NCBI RefSeq assembly: GCF_006345805.1 | Contig: NC_043009.1 | Location: 37,820,001 to 37,884,000, forward strand | Length of the DNA stretch: 64,000 nucleotides | Direction: 5' to 3' | DNA from: Octopus sinensis | Lineage: Eukaryota | Shown: piece after piece, positions 63,340-64,000 of the stretch | How the letters are laid out: every line of letters starts with the position of its first letter | How positions within the stretch are numbered: the stretch's first letter is position 1 | Position numbers and translations under genes: made by a program | Notes under the pieces: generated by a model | What the model was told of the DNA's origin: nothing | Database searches by the model: none | What the model saw: only the letters and a program-made list of their open reading frames with translations

Positions 63340-64000
63340 GTGCTCTGCCATTATTGATAATAAAGCATGAAGCAAATTTAATGATCTCAAAGATGATTAA
63401 AAGATTTGGTAGTAACGACAAGAAAAAAACAAAAAAACAAAAAAACAAAAGAAACTGGTGTAGCAATTGAGAAAGGTCGATACTATTTTGGAATTCAGAA
63501 CCCCTCAAGGAAGAAGTGACTGTCAACAGATTCTTTGTGTGTTGAAGGTATTAAACCATTATTTTTGATTCTCAATTCATGATTCTTTTTTTGTTATTGA
63601 AATTGCGAAACAAATATTTAATGTTAACGAAAAGTAAATTAAGGATATTGATGGAAAACTTTGCATATTTAACAAGAAAATTAACCTACAACCAAACAGA
63701 ATCCATGTAACATCATGTAGCAGCCTATTGGTTATGAGTTTATAACGAATGGAAACATTATTTAATTATCTCAACTGAGATGATCTTTCAACAGAATTGA
63801 CGCAATGTTCATTTGTATGGCGAAATATTAATGATTCAATTAAAAATCTTTAATATATCTTATCAGGAAATAACTGCTGTCATCTTGCATTAAACAAAGA
63901 TTCAGTATTTGGCTCTTTTCACGAAATTACATTTTTTCTTGACATTAAGGACTTAAGAAAATGCAATTTGGAATCTGAAGATTGTTAGAGGCAGTTTTAA
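63340..64000 (+). pseudogene. Decayed coding frame, tentatively hAT transposase C-terminal half
   Basis: One frame 63596-64000 reads IEIAKQIFNVNEK*IKDIDGKLCIFN...DDLSTELTQCSF...L*YILSGNN; spacing resembles hAT IDQA..RFEQ..FGFLF..DL..EL..L.Y; motif match is weak. Confidence 0.35.

Overview
AT-rich, microsatellite- and SINE-saturated animal genomic DNA. The repeat families resemble those known from octopus (coleoid cephalopod), which is an inference. The whole window lies inside one minus-strand gene, a giant Fat/FAT4-type cadherin. I recovered nine phase-compatible GT-AG exons (60336 down to 1323; 2466 nt, 822 aa, about 8 cadherin repeats); the gene starts and ends outside the window. Two introns are very large (44410-60140 and 19270-36213). 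The introns hold at least three tRNA-headed SINE families, an RTE-type 3' tail repeat, fragments of RTE, CR1 and Dong/R4 LINEs, TTAA-ended MITEs, pogo, piggyBac, hAT and Helitron-like remnants, a decayed tRNA-Asp and a 28S rRNA fragment. The most notable unexplained structures are: a fossil duplicate of a FAT4 exon inside the next intron (17130-17414); a fold-back palindrome with arms of about 245 bp (25566-26068); a SINE tail plus unique flank copied 29 kb away and ending at a T5 run (469-670 versus 29766-29990); an antisense 28S peptidyl-transferase fragment; and inverted SINE pairs bracketing exons, one of which encloses an in-frame module of exactly two cadherin repeats. I found no prokaryotic-type system (CRISPR, operon) and no intact transposase or reverse transcriptase.
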